Positions 49,635 through 63,005 of a DNA stretch of 64,000 nucleotides are shown one piece after another. This stretch comes from Rhizophagus irregularis (lineage: Eukaryota). The notes under the pieces are model-generated. The model had not been told where the DNA came from. It did not search any database and worked only from the letters and a program-made list of their open reading frames with translations. Numbering within the stretch: the first letter of the stretch is position 1; each line of letters starts with the position of its first letter. The stretch covers positions 4,464,001-4,528,000 of the forward strand of contig NC_089429.1 in NCBI RefSeq assembly GCF_026210795.1, in the 5' to 3' direction. Made by a program: the position numbers and the translations under genes.

Positions 49635-52600
49635 TATAATCTCCACTTTGGCCAAATGAAATCAACTTCATTTATTAATTAAAAGTTGTTCAAGCATGTT
49701 GAAACCACTTGAATATTAATTTTCATGAATATAGGTATAGTGCTTAGAGAAAATTGCATTTCTTGATGATATTAACTCTCTTTTCTGTTTTTTAATTTAG
49801 AGCGTAATATTTCCACTTTGGGCAAATGAAATCAACTTTATTTATTAAATGAAAGTTGTTCAGGCAGGTTGAAACTACTTGAATATTAATTTTCATGAAT
49901 GTAGGTGTAGTGCTCAGAGAAAATTGCATTTTTCTTGATGATATTAATTCTGTTTTCTGTTTTTTAACTTAGAGCGTAATATTTCCACTTTAGACAAATG
50001 AAATCAACTTTATTTATTAATTGAAAGTTGTTCAGGCAGGTTGAAACCATTTGAATATTAATTTTCATGAATGTAGGTGTAGTGCTTAGAGAAAATTGCA
50101 TTTTTCTTGATGATATTAACTCTCTTTTCTGTTTTTATTTAGAGCGTAATATTTCCACTTTAGACAAATGAAATCAACTTTATTTATTAATTGAAAGTTG
50201 TTCAGGCAGGTTGAAACTACTTGAATATTAATTTTCATGAATGTAGGTATAGTGCTCAGAGAAAATTGCATTTTTCTTGATGATATTAACTCTCTTTTCT
50301 GTTTTTATTTAGAGTGTAATATTTCCACTTTAGACAAATGAAATCAACTTTATTTATTAATTGAAAGTTGTTCAGGCAGGTTGAAACCATTTGAATATTA
50401 ATTTTCATGAATGTAGATGTAGTGCTTAGAGAAAATTGCATTTTTCTTGATGATATTAACTCTCTTTTTTGTGTTTTAATTTAGAGCGTAATATTTCCAC
50501 TTTAGACAAATGAATCAACTTTATTTATTAATTGAAAGTTGTTCAGGCAGGTTAAAACAACTTGAACATTAATTTTCATGAATGTAGATGTAGTGCTTAG
50601 AGAAAATTGCATTTTTCTTGATGATATTAACTCTCTTTTTTGTGTTTTAATTTAGAGCGTAATATTTCCACTTTAGACAAATGAATCAACTTTATTTATT
50701 AATTGAAAGTTGTTCAGGCAGGTTAAAACAACTTGAACATTAATTTTCATGAATGTAGGTGTAGTGCTCAGAGAAAATTGCATTTTCTTGATGATATTAA
50801 CTCTCTTTTCTGTTTTTTTAATTTAGAGCGTAATATTTCCACTTTAGACAAATGAAATCAACTTTATTTATTAATTGAAAGTTGTTCAGGCAGGTTGAAA
50901 CCATTTGAATATTAATTTTCATGAATGTAGGTATAGTGCTCAGAGAAAATTGCATTTTCTTGATGATATTAACTCTCTTTTCTGTTTTTTTAATTTAGAG
51001 CGTAATATTTCCACTTTAGACAAATGAAATCAACTTTATTTATTAATTGAAAGTTGTTCAGGCAGGTTGAAACCACTTGAGTATTAATTTTCATGAATGT
51101 AGATGTAGTGCTTAGAGAAAATTGCATTTTCTTGATGATATTAACTCTCTTTTCTGTTTTTTTAATTTAGAGCGTAATATTTCCACTTTAGACAAATGAA
51201 ATCAACTTTATTTATTAATTGAAAGTTGTTCAGGCAGGTTGAAACTACTTGAATATTAATTTTCATGAATGTAGGTGTAGTGCTCAGAGAAAATTGCATT
51301 TTTCTTGATGATATTAACTCTCTTTTCTGTTTTTTAATTTATAGCGTAATATTTCCACTTTGGGCAAATGAAATCAACTTTATTTATTAAATGAAAGTTG
51401 TTCAGGCAGGTTGAAACTACTTGAATATTAATTTTCATGAATGTAGGTATAGTGCTCAGAGAAAATTGCATTTTTCTTGATGATATTAACTCTCTTTTCT
51501 GTTTTTATTTAGAGCGTAATATTTCCACTTTAGACAAATGAAATCAACTTTATTTATTAATTGAAAGTTGTTCAGGCAGGTTGAAACCATTTGAATATTA
51601 ATTTTCATGAATGTAGATGTAGTGCTTAGAGAAAATTGCATTTTTCTTGATGATATTAACTCTCTTTTTTGTGTTTTAATTTAGAGCGTAATATTTCCAC
51701 TTTAGACAAATGAATCAACTTTATTTATTAATTGAAAGTTGTTCAGGCAGGTTAAAACAACTTGAACATTAATTTTCATGAATGTAGGTGTAGTGCTTAG
51801 AGAAAATTGCATTTTTCTTGATGATATTAACTCTCTTTTCTGTTTTTTTAATTTAGAGCGTAATATTTCTACTTTAGACAAATGAAATCAACTTTATTTA
51901 TTAATTGAAAGTTGTTCAGGCAGGTTGAAACTACTTGAATATTAATTTTCATGAATGTAGGTGTAATGCTCAGAGAAAATTGCATTTTTCTTGATGATAT
52001 TAACTCTCTTTTCTGTTTTTTAATTTATAGCGTAATATTTCCACTTTGGGCAAATGAAATCAACTTTATTTATTAAATGAAAGTTGTTCAGGCAGGTTGA
52101 AACTACTTGAATATTAATTTTAATGAATGTAGGTATAGTGCTCAGAGAAAATTGCATTTTTCTTGATGATATTAACTCTCTTTTCTGTTTTTATTTAGAG
52201 CGTAATATTTCCACTTTAGACAAATGAAATCAACTTTATTTATTAATTGAAAGTTGTTCAGGCAGGTTGAAACCATTTGAATATTAATTTTCATGAATGT
52301 AGATGTAGTGCTTAGAGAAAATTGCATTTTTCTTGATGATATTAATTCTGTTTTCTGTTTTTTAACTTAGAGCGTAATATTTCCACTTTAGACAAATGAA
52401 ATCAACTTTATTTATTAATTGAAAGTTGTTCAGGCAGGTTGAAACCATTTGAATATTAATTTTCATGAATATAGGTATAGTGCTTAGAGAAAATTGCATT
52501 TCTTGATGATATTAACTTACTTTTCTGTTTTTTAATTTAGAGCGTAATATTTCCACTTTGGGCAAATGAAATCAACTTTATTTATTAAATGAAAGTTGTT

Positions 52601-52810
52601 CAGGCAGGTTGAAACCACTTGAATATTAATTTTCATGAATGTAGGTGTAGTGCTCAGAGAAAATTGCATTTTTCTTGATGATATTAACTCTCTTTTCTGT
52701 TTTTTAATTTAGAGCGTAATATTTCCACTTTAGACAAATGAATCAACTTTATTTATTAATTGAAAGTTGTTTAGGCAGGTTGAAACTACTTGAATATTAG
52801 TTTTCATAAG
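49635..52810. repeat. ~171-bp satellite, about 18.5 copies
   Basis: Unit atttccactttagacaaatgaaatcaac...gttcaggcaggttgaaacc...agagaaaattgc...tttagagcgtaat, period 170-172 bp, high identity. Confidence 0.98.
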
Positions 52811-53312
52811 ATTTCATTTTTTTGTAGCTGTATTAACTTTAGAACACTTATTACAGCTTATGTAATTATTTTAAATTATAAAAATTAATTTATATTATTG
52901 GCTAATTATAATCACATGATACTATTTGATTTAATAATTTAATAAAATATTATTATTTAAAATTAAATTCATATAAATGCAACTAATATTAATAATTATA
53001 ATTTAAGCAGTAAATTTATTGACCAATTCTTGTACATTCTATGCTCAAATTTTGTAATTTCTTTGATCAAATCAATATAAATTCAGTATAAATTATGGTC
53101 AATCATACAAATGGTGCATTTTTGTGATATGGAATTGTGCATTTTCCTGTATCCTTATATATAGTTTAGATACATTATTTTTAAGAAAAAATTGTATAAA
53201 TCTTATTAAAACATGATTTTTTATAGGGTCTAATTATAATAAAATTTTATTATTCAGTAACAATTCAATTTATTTATATCAAAGAATTTTTTTAATTATA
53301 AATGTTATATTT

Positions 53313-53348
53313 GGGGGACGAAGTCCCCCAGCAAATCGCATATTCTAG
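53313..53348 (+). mobile_element. Helitron-type 3' terminus
   Basis: GC-rich hairpin gggggac-gaa-gtccccc (53313-53329), then CTAG (53345-53348) followed by T. Confidence 0.7.
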
Positions 53349-53454
53349 TTTTTTATAAAAAATTGATTGAAATTTTTTATTAAATTTTACAATTTTAATA
53401 AATAAATGGTTTTCTAATAGTACTATTCTCTAAATAAAATTAATTATTATTTAT

Positions 53455-53815
53455 GGCATAATGTTAGGGCAAAAATGTTACTAGAAGGTAAAAGCATTTT
53501 TGAATGGAATGTTATTATTGAGAAAAATTGTACATATACTTGGGTTGGAGTATGTTCATCAGAAAATTTTATTTATGAAACTTTGCAGGGACTCAATCTA
53601 CTGGATGGGTATTAGTAGTTATATTAAAAATTATTGTCAATTATCTGGATGGAACAAAAGTTACAGTTCACTTAAATATGAATAAAAGAATTTTGCTTTT
53701 ACAGCCAATGGTACAAAATATCTAGAAGTATCATCATGGAATAATTTACTATCAAAGCTTTATCCAGTGACATAATTATGTTATCCTGGTCGAATTCAAA
53801 TTCAACATTGTTAAA
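53455..53815 (+). pseudogene. SPRY-domain relic (duplicate of 40370-40672)
   Basis: NVRAKMLLEGKSIFEWNVIIEKNCTYTWVGVCSSENF...KLYPVT*LCYPGRIQIQ with frameshifts; flanks match 40345-40960. Confidence 0.85.
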
Positions 53816-56330
53816 AGATATTTAATTGTGTAAAAATTTTTATTTAGCTAACAACAGAGTTTTGGAATTTAAAAGAATCTTTTTAGTAGATCGAGATTAT
53901 TTAATTCGTTCAAAAAATATGTTTACATATGAAATATTATTAGTTCTATTATTATTTTCTTTTTTTCTTAATCGATCGAACCACGTGAACAAAACATAAT
54001 CAAGGCTATAAATGTAAACATTTTGATAGGAGATTGAAAGTGACGTAAATAAAAATTACATTAGCCATAGTTACTTTGTCTATTTACTAAATCCGCATCC
54101 CTTTAACCATAGTTATTGACCTCCAAGTCTTACCATGCTAATCAACTTTTTAATTCTTGGAATCAACATAAGTCAAACAAGCCTTTTCACGACGTCTAGG
54201 TATTAGTTATACTGTGAAGTACCAGGCGAATGCCGAATGGATACAAACACATACTCTTACGGGGTAATAGATATATATATCGGAAATGATATGAGAATTT
54301 GGAACACCATCATAGTCAGCGCGGAAAAAAACCTTGGAAAAATTTTGGAAAAATTCTGGTTAAATATAAAAATTCTGGTTTTAGATGGTATTACCAAATA
54401 TATAATAATCTTTTAACTTTTTTTTATTCATGCATATACAATATGGAATAACCAGAAAAGACGTACTGGCTTTAAATAATCATATTGTAATAAACTACTG
54501 AAATAATAAATAATAAAATTAAAGATAAAAAACTTTTTTGCAATATAAATTTATTAAATGAAATTTCCGGTATTTACAAAATATTCCAGAAATCTGCTAT
54601 GCCACAACCGAACAATTTTGGGATTAGAATCAAGTTATATGTTTCCAATGCAGTTGTAGATGAACTTTCAACTATAAAAGACAACCTGCTATAAGTCTTC
54701 AAGATAAACTCCATCAAGCTCGACAATATCAGTTCTTGTTTTTTGGAATCACAACACATTGATAAAGCTATCAGCCACCTACTAAAATAAAAAAAAGAAA
54801 GTTAATCTCCAGCGTACAGGATTACAATTTATCAGTTCCCATTTTTACCTTTACCCCTGGTACGCGAGATAGAATTAAGGTTCTGAACTTTTGCCAATTT
54901 GTCCATGTCCAAAAGTTTTAATTTCGACCAGTGCAATTTTCCGATAATGGAACTAGTTTAAGAGAACTCCTTCAACCTCATCCAGGACTTCAAGCTCAGC
55001 GCAATTCTCACAGATAATAATTTTCTCAATGTGGGTAATAGAAAACCTTTTGATTTTAGCGTACCAAAAGACCTCATCCCTTTATATCAAATGGGCCTAT
55101 ATAATCTAATACGAACAACAAGAAGAAAAAAAAAATACCCTTACTTTTAGAAGCCGTGAATGGCTAAACAAATTAAAGACAAGGAAAGAATTTCACGAAC
55201 GTGAAGTAGAATATCAAGCACAAATACTAGCTGATAAACAAGAAATGAAGCTTCTTGGCACATCGTACAACAGATTGGAACATCGCAAGTGTTTAATATT
55301 CGTTCTAATAGAATATAGAATGCTTATCATAAACGGATAACTTCTATTCTTGATCATCGTAATAAATACAAGCATCTGAGACACGTCGCCCAGCTTGATC
55401 AAGAATATAGAGAATTTGAATTGAAATATTTCAATTTTGCTATTGCAAGTCACCCCAATATCACGATAAAGGCGATACTTCTGATGAACCAAGACTCTTG
55501 AATTGCGCCCTAATAAGTGTGATATTAATGTTAATCTCAATTTAGACTCGTTTAAGTCGTCTCATATGATTAATAAACCTTGACCTATGGTCAATCCTGA
55601 TACCGGCTGTGCTAGTTCTCCTTTTATGAAGTAAAAGTTTCCTACCATCACGCCCAATCATCTGTTACCCTGTGGACTCCCAGTTGGTTAGGCTCTAATG
55701 ACTATTATTTTTTAATTTTCTCTGTAATGAGTCCAGATAACCCTTTTCAAGTAGCTATATAGGATAACACTTTAGTCTACATCTACAAAATATTCATCAT
55801 TTTTGACATAAACAATTTAGCATAGTGTGAATCACTCCACCTCTGACAGTATTTACAGGTGGCCAAAGAAAATACGGACCATTTATAATTTTCCTTACTT
55901 GGTTGTTTTCTCCTCTTGGCGGGAGAGTCCCATGAGTGATCTTGGATCCCTCTCTTCTTCAAGGTCAGAGATCATCGCCTCCTTAGGATCACGATTTGGT
56001 TGTTAGGGTTAGAATTATTCTTGGCTTAATGTATATTTTGTCCTTATAGTTTGTACTGCAACTTTGTACCTTCTGCGTTATAAAAATAAATATCTAATCC
56101 TCCAAGAATGTGTACATCAAGCAGGCCTCGCTGGATAATAATAATTTAAATTTTTAACCGGTGTAGGTCGATCATCTCCTTCATTAAGGTGTGGCTAATA
56201 ATGTCGAATATATTTTTTCCCATAGGAATGGTACAACATAACACAAATGCGAGCAAATACTAATTAAGTATTTAAATTCCTAAAATATAATCATTTATAT
56301 ATTTCTATTTTCTTTTTTTTTAAAAAAAAA

Positions 56331-57722
56331 ATGAGAGGAAATTCATTAGAAAAAGATTTGAGCTTATTAATAAATAATCAAAAATATAGTGATATAGAAA
56401 TTTTATGTGAAGATGAAAAAAAATTATATGGTTGTAGAGCAATTTTAGCAGCAAGATCCGAAGTATTTGATAGATTACTTTATAATGGGATGAAAGAAAG
56501 TTATGAAACCAAAATTTCTTTTCCAAAGATTAATTCTGCTGGTATGAAAATTGTATTAGAATATACTTATACGGGATCAATTAAAATAGAATCATTAACA
56601 AAGGATAATATAATTGAAGCATTTTATGCTGCTGACTATTTTCAATTACCAGATCTTCAGGATTTTATTATGAATACATTCAAAAATACATTAGAAAAAA
56701 ATTGCGATGAAAATTATTCACCAGAATTACTATCTAAACTTGCAGAGAAAATGCCATTAACAGAAGATAATATTCTACTGAATTTATTGGTTGAAGCGGT
56801 AGCAGTTATACCATTAAACACCATTGAATTTGGTCGATTGTCTATTACAGGACTTAGATATCTTTTATCTTATACACATGAAGAAGAACCTCTTTTTGCA
56901 ACCCCAGAATATGAAGTTTTTCGATATGGCGCTATCCTTGCAGCAAAACAAGTTTCAAATGAAGCATATAATACTCTTATGGAACAGTTACCAAATTTAG
57001 AACAAATAAGACAAGAGAATCCAGTACAAATAAAAAACAAAATTATTGACGATCACCAAAAAGTTGCCAAAGAGTTGGAGCCTTTAGTTAAATTAATTGA
57101 TTTTAGGCGAATCAAAGGTCAAATATTAGTTAATATTATTGAGCCGCTTGGCATTACCCCAATTGAAATTATTTTAAATGTTTATCGATATAATACATTA
57201 TCGTTTAATTCAGATTTAAATGATACCCGAGGCAATTATGTTTATGATGAGTCAGCATGTGGATCAAAACTTATTATTGAGGATAATGGAAAAGTCGTAT
57301 GTGCACCAAATAATCTTACTGATTGGCAAAGTGTTAGTGTTAAAGTAGCTTTAGGAAATAAAGATGTTTTTGAATGGGATGTTATTATTGAGAAATGCTG
57401 TACAAGTGCTGCTGTTGGAGTATGTGCATCAGAAAATTTTAATTATGAAACTTGGGCAGGATATCAAGCTACTGGATGGGTATTATCCTCCCAAGGTAGT
57501 AGTGTTAATTCAAATGTATGGTTAGGAAATTATTGCCCTTCATTCGGAGATGGCACAAAAATCACTGTTCACTTAGATATGAATAAAAGAACTTGCGCTT
57601 TTACAGTCAATGGAACAAAATATCCAGAAGTATTAGCTTGGAATAATTTACCATCAAAGCTCTATCCAGTAGTATCATTAAAATACCCTGGTCGATTTAG
57701 AATTCAACCTCATAAAAAATAA
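56331..57722 (+). CDS. BTB/POZ-SPRY protein, single exon, 463 aa
   Basis: Near-identical N-terminus and shared flanks with 41766-43175. Confidence 0.93.
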   Translation: MRGNSLEKDLSLLINNQKYSDIEILCEDEKKLYGCRAILAARSEVFDRLLYNGMKESYETKISFPKINSAGMKIVLEYTYTGSIKIESLTKDNIIEAFYAADYFQLPDLQDFIMNTFKNTLEKNCDENYSPELLSKLAEKMPLTEDNILLNLLVEAVAVIPLNTIEFGRLSITGLRYLLSYTHEEEPLFATPEYEVFRYGAILAAKQVSNEAYNTLMEQLPNLEQIRQENPVQIKNKIIDDHQKVAKELEPLVKLIDFRRIKGQILVNIIEPLGITPIEIILNVYRYNTLSFNSDLNDTRGNYVYDESACGSKLIIEDNGKVVCAPNNLTDWQSVSVKVALGNKDVFEWDVIIEKCCTSAAVGVCASENFNYETWAGYQATGWVLSSQGSSVNSNVWLGNYCPSFGDGTKITVHLDMNKRTCAFTVNGTKYPEVLAWNNLPSKLYPVVSLKYPGRFRIQPHKK

Positions 57723-58334
57723 TAGTGAAATTATAGAATAAAATTTTTTTATTGAAACTGAAAATGAGGACTTGAAAAAGATAATTCGAAAAAATAATGT
57801 TCTAAATATTCTCAAGTGATGTTATAGCTAATTAAAAATAAGTTTTTAATGATGATTAATTTAAATGTTTAGAATTCATAACTATCATTGCCTGAATATT
57901 ATAAATATGATATTGAACTAACTGATTGATTAATGTTTCTGCAACTAACAAATATTTTAATGTATTAAATCGGGAAATAAATCCTTCTAAATTACTAAGC
58001 CATGCTGATCAAAATATTTTTCGAGATTCGTTATGATTTTTGAACACATGATTTATTATAGATTAGATTATTATTGAAATCACAAGACTTTGATAAAATG
58101 ACTAGCTATTTTAGTTCGATTATACTGTATCTACTAATTAAGTAAATGATGTTCTGTAAAAAAAAATGTCATTATTTATTTACTGTTTATTTATACTATT
58201 ACCTCCCTACAGTAGCATTAAATTTCTAAATTTGTAAAATATCGACACTTCACTTTATTTATAAGGTATACTGAATAGAATTTATCACTGAAATAAACTA
58301 CAAAATCTTTCTTTCCTAAAGAAATTCAAAAATA

Positions 58335-59165
58335 ATGAAGGAAATTCTTTAGAAAAAGATTTAAGTTTACTAATAAATAATTTATAGTAATATAGAAAAT
58401 TTTATGTGAGATGAAAAGAAATTATATGGTTTAGAATGATTTTAGCTGCGAAACCTGAAATGTTTGTAGTGAACTAAAAATTTCTTTTCCAACAATTAAT
58501 TTCTCTATTATGGGAACTATTTTAGAACACTTTTATACAGGATCAATTAAAGATAAAACCTTATCAAAAGATAATATAATCGAATCTTTTGATGCTGCGG
58601 ATTGTTACCAATTACTAGACCTTCAAAAATCTGTTTTCATAAATAATGAACTTTGAAGAATTATGCAAATAATCATTTATAGAATTATTGTAATTCTTAG
58701 TCCATGAAATTCCATAAGGGTTAGTTCAGAAATATGTGGAAATTCATACTACACCCCATATATCTTACATGGATCCAATATTTTAACCTTCGAATCCATA
58801 GATCTACGCGGAAAATACCATGTGTTTTGTCACAGGGTACTCGGAAGTATTGGAATTATTCAGATTTCCACATATTTACATTTTAAGTGGAAAAAATTTC
58901 CTGGAGCGATTCCATACATTAAGTACTATCGAATTTGGTCGGTTGTCTATTGTAGTTCTTAAATGATTTTTATGATGTTTTCCGGTATAGTGCTATACTT
59001 GCATCAAAACAAATTTCTGATGGCTGCTGCTACGAAAGAACGATTAAAATAATTAGAATAATTAGGAACTTAAACTCAGTTAAAGTGAAAAAAAAAAATT
59101 ATTACCGATCAAAAAGTTGCATTTTAATCATATTAAAGGTCAAATAATAGTTAATATCATTGGAG
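58335..59165 (+). pseudogene. Degenerate BTB-SPRY copy (5' part) with an internal insertion
   Basis: MKEI/SLEKDLSLLINN...YTGSIKDKTLSKDNIIESFDAADCYQL...TIEFGRLSI...IKGQIIVNII with many frameshifts; foreign block at ~58700-58910. Confidence 0.85.
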
Positions 59166-59506
59166 TCATAACATGATGGAATGAAAGTAAGTTATGAAAT
59201 TGTATTCCTGAAATTAGTTAATATAGATTATGACAATAATTTATAAGATATTAATTTGAGAAGAATTTTAATACGCAATAGCTGAAGTTTTTATGCTGCA
59301 TATTATTTTCACTTGTTCAAAACTTCTAAAAATGTTATCATATACCGGAATACAATAGCCACTATTTAAAAACTTGTTATTTAATGAAATGCAGAAAGTC
59401 GCATGTCACTAAATATTAAATGGTGATATCGCGCATACAAAAATATTAAGCAGGTAATATTGAATGGGATGTTGTTTATAATGGGCTTGAATCGGGGCGA
59501 TTTAAG

Positions 59507-60939
59507 CCCTATAAAAAAATTGGATACGTTTTTTATAAAGTTTTTATACGATTTTTTTTCCTTAGAAATAACGTATCATAATAGGATACGGAAAAATGCA
59601 CAATTCCGTATCACCAAAAATATGGTTTGGATACGGAATTTGCACGGGATTTATATGGAATTTACATGATTTGATCACTGATTTTATCACGAAATTTATA
59701 CGATTTGGTCACTGAATTTACTATTTGTATTACAGTTTACTATAATTGTATTTACATAAATCTAATTTCACTTTGTTTATTTTTTATTTTTTATTTAATT
59801 TAATAAAGTACAAATACATTATGAAAATTCCCTCTTTATTAAAACCACCTATTGCAACCTAAATTATCTATAAGTTCAGGTTCATTTGGATCAAACAACC
59901 TAAAAGAACAAAAAAAAGAAACATAAGAACGTCTAACTTAATTGGAAACAAAACCCCCCTTCATATAGTATCTGCAATCGTCCAAGTCACCAAAGGTCAG
60001 CATTCCTACAAAAAAAGAAAGAGAACTCCAGAATGTCTGACCTACATAAATGAAAAGAATTATGAAGCATCTGATGAAAAAGAAACCAAAACAACAAAAT
60101 AAATCCAAAACTGACCTACAAAAAAAGAAGACTCTAAAGCAACAAAACTGAAACAACCTACAAAAAGAAAAGGACTCCCAAACTGATCTACAAAAAAAAA
60201 AAAGAAACTGAATATTCTCACAAAAAAAATCTGCTGGCCTATGAAATTAAATAAAAAAGAAAGGGGAATAAAGAATAAACCAAAAAAAATATTTTTTAAA
60301 AAAGAGGGATAACGAAGTTAGGAAAGTTAAAAAAAAATTTTTTTTTAAAGGGAGGACGTCAAAGTTAGAAAAATAAAAATTTTTTTATAAAGAGGAAATA
60401 GAAATAGAAAGAAGAAATTTTTTTTAAAAAAAAAAGAAGAGTGGGAATAAAAGAAAAAATTTTTTTTTAAGGGAGTGACGAAAAAAATTTTTTTTTCAAA
60501 GGAGAACGAAAAAAAAATTTTTTTAAAGTGAGGTACGAAAAAAAAAATTATTTTTAAAAGGGGGTGACGAAGAAAGAAGAAAAATCTAGAAAAAATAACA
60601 AAAATAAGACAAGAGAAAGAGAAAGGAAAGGAAAGACAGAAAGGAAGATCGGAAGATCAAACTCATCAAAGTAAGGGTTTATATAAAAAACAAAAAACGT
60701 ATCATAACAAAACAATAAACAATCATGTGATCTCGTGTTATGATGGGTAAAATTATCTTAAGTTTAAAAATTCCGTATACATTCCGCATGATTAATTTTT
60801 TCCGTATACATTAGTTTTTTTAAAAAATGTTCAAAATGAATTGCTTATTAAATATACGGAATTTGTATACGGAATCTATAAAAACGTACATAAAATGTAT
60901 ACAAAACGTATCCTTTCCGTATACATATTTCTTATAGGG
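59507..60939. mobile_element. Non-autonomous CMC/EnSpm-like element
   Basis: Ends ccctataa...ttataggg, flanked by a 3-bp duplication AAG (59504-59506 and 60940-60942); subterminal gatacgg/ccgtatac repeats at both ends. Confidence 0.7.
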
Positions 60940-61198
60940 AAGTGTATAAGAATTAATAATATTTTATCATTTTTAATTTTTAATTATCATTTATATTTAA
61001 CAAATTAAAGCGTTGTAGTATAGTTAAACAATCAGATATATTAAAGGCGTACATTTGTAGCTAGTACTAATGACGGATATATTTTTTCCCATAGTATAGT
61101 GCAACATGGAACAAATCTAAATTTATACGCGAGCATAAACTAACAAGGAATTTAAATTTAAGTCCCTAAAACAATCATTTAAATAAATTTTTTTAAAA

Positions 61199-63005
61199 AT
61201 GACAAGAGAATATTCACATATCGGCTGATCAGAAAAGCCTCCCCATAATTTTATACACTAATGACAATAAGTAACCCATCAGTTATATAATGAACCCATC
61301 AACTGAGCTTAAATATTAATTGGCTTGATTTTTCCAATCAGCCGATATGATTAGAAAAAGATTTAAGGTTATTAATAAATAATCCAAGGTATAGTGATGT
61401 AGAAATTTTATGAGAGAGAAAAGAAATTATATGATTGTAGAATGATTTTGGCTACAAGGTTCGAAGTGCTTCACAGTCTATTTTATAATGGAATAAAGAA
61501 AGTTATGAAAATCCAAAAATTAGTTCTTCTGCCATGGAAATTATAATAGACTTATACAGGATCAATTAAGGATGGAATTTTAACAAAAGACAATATAATT
61601 GAATTTTCGATTCTAATACTGCGAATTATTTCAATTATTTAACCTTCAGGAATTTGTTAAGAAAATTTTCAAAGATAATAATATAGAAAAGAATTACGAT
61701 TCACCAGAATTATTATCTAAAGTTGTGAAAACAATGTCACTAACAGAGGATAATGTTTTTCTAAACTAATTTAATGAGCAGAAATTACATTCAAATCTTT
61801 TTAACGAAATTTAAATTATCATAACAAACTGCAAGAAACAATGTGTTAGGGGTATGTTTGGGGGAAGTATTATAATTATATAAGGTTTATGTCACTTTAT
61901 GATATTTGTCATCCATTTCTTAGCATCATGTATTATTTTATTCAACTATTTATATTATCATCATTATTATATTATTTTTAACATTAAACTTTTCGAAACT
62001 TCTGAATCACTTAATATTTATTTAAAAATATTCGTTCAATACAATATTAACATTTAATTAAATAATTTTTTAATTCTTAGCAAGACGGATTATACCAGAT
62101 CAATCAAGAAAAGTCCTCAACTGTTATAATTATTTTTATTTCCTTTAATTGTTAGTGACACGCATTTCTTTATTATATTCTATGTAAATTTATAAAATAA
62201 GATTAGAAATGCATAGTATATGATAAATATACACTATCTACTAACGCCACGTTTTATACGTGACTGAACATAATACTAAACCTTAGCTATTATAATTATA
62301 TATTACAATATTTGAAATTTATGAAATTGTATATAATTAATTAAAGTTGTGGATTATCGGAAAATAGTATTTTTAAATTTATCAGTCGAGTCAGTAGCAA
62401 CTAATACGTTGCATTTTTTAGTAAGCCTTGCAAACTTTCAAATATAAATTACTTGAATCAAAAAGTCAATCAAGTATTAGTAGTTGATATCATAGAGCCG
62501 CTAGAAACTAATATAATTGAAATATTAGGTTTAAATAATTTTTTAATAAAAATTTAAATAATATACGAGTGATACTAACGCCAATATACGATTATTGATT
62601 ATTACTTGAGATGAGGATCAAAATTTATTGAGGATAATGGAAAGCTAGATATAATTTAGACTAAATGTTAGACCTAAACTGACGAATAAGCGTTTGTTCA
62701 TATCTTAGTTCATATGCGAGCTATCATATTGGCAGCTTTCTTAACGTCATCAAAATTTTTTTGGAGAATTATCAAATTTCAAATGATTGTGAAAAACTTT
62801 TGAAACTGAAATAGTATATGATATTATTATTTATGTAGTATGCAGTAGTAAATCTTGAAAGTATAAGAATATTAACTATGATTGTTTATTAAAAAATTTC
62901 TCGCTTTACGGACAATGACCGAAAATACAAGAATAAACTAGTAATTTTCCAAATAATATCATTACGTCATAACAACCGAATTCAAATTCAAGATTATAAA
63001 AAAAA
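61199..63005 (+). pseudogene. Degenerate BTB-SPRY copy broken by insertions
   Basis: MTREYS-[MITE]-LEKDLRLLINNPRYSDVEIL*...SPELLSKVVKTMSLTEDNVFL (to ~61770); SPRY scraps at ~62610 (IEDNGK) and ~62980 (RIQIQ). Confidence 0.8.
61217..61349. mobile_element. 133-bp MITE inserted in a BTB pseudogene
   Basis: 13-bp perfect TIR catatcggctgat / atcagccgatatg interrupting the tat tca tta gaa codons. Confidence 0.8.

Noticed and set aside
49635..52810. 171-bp unit as a coding repeat (57 codons)
   Set aside because: The frames I translated contain stops, units vary by 1-2 bp indels, and the ORF track shows no ORF here.
55995..56012. ttagggttag telomere-like motif
   Set aside because: Fewer than two units; likely chance.
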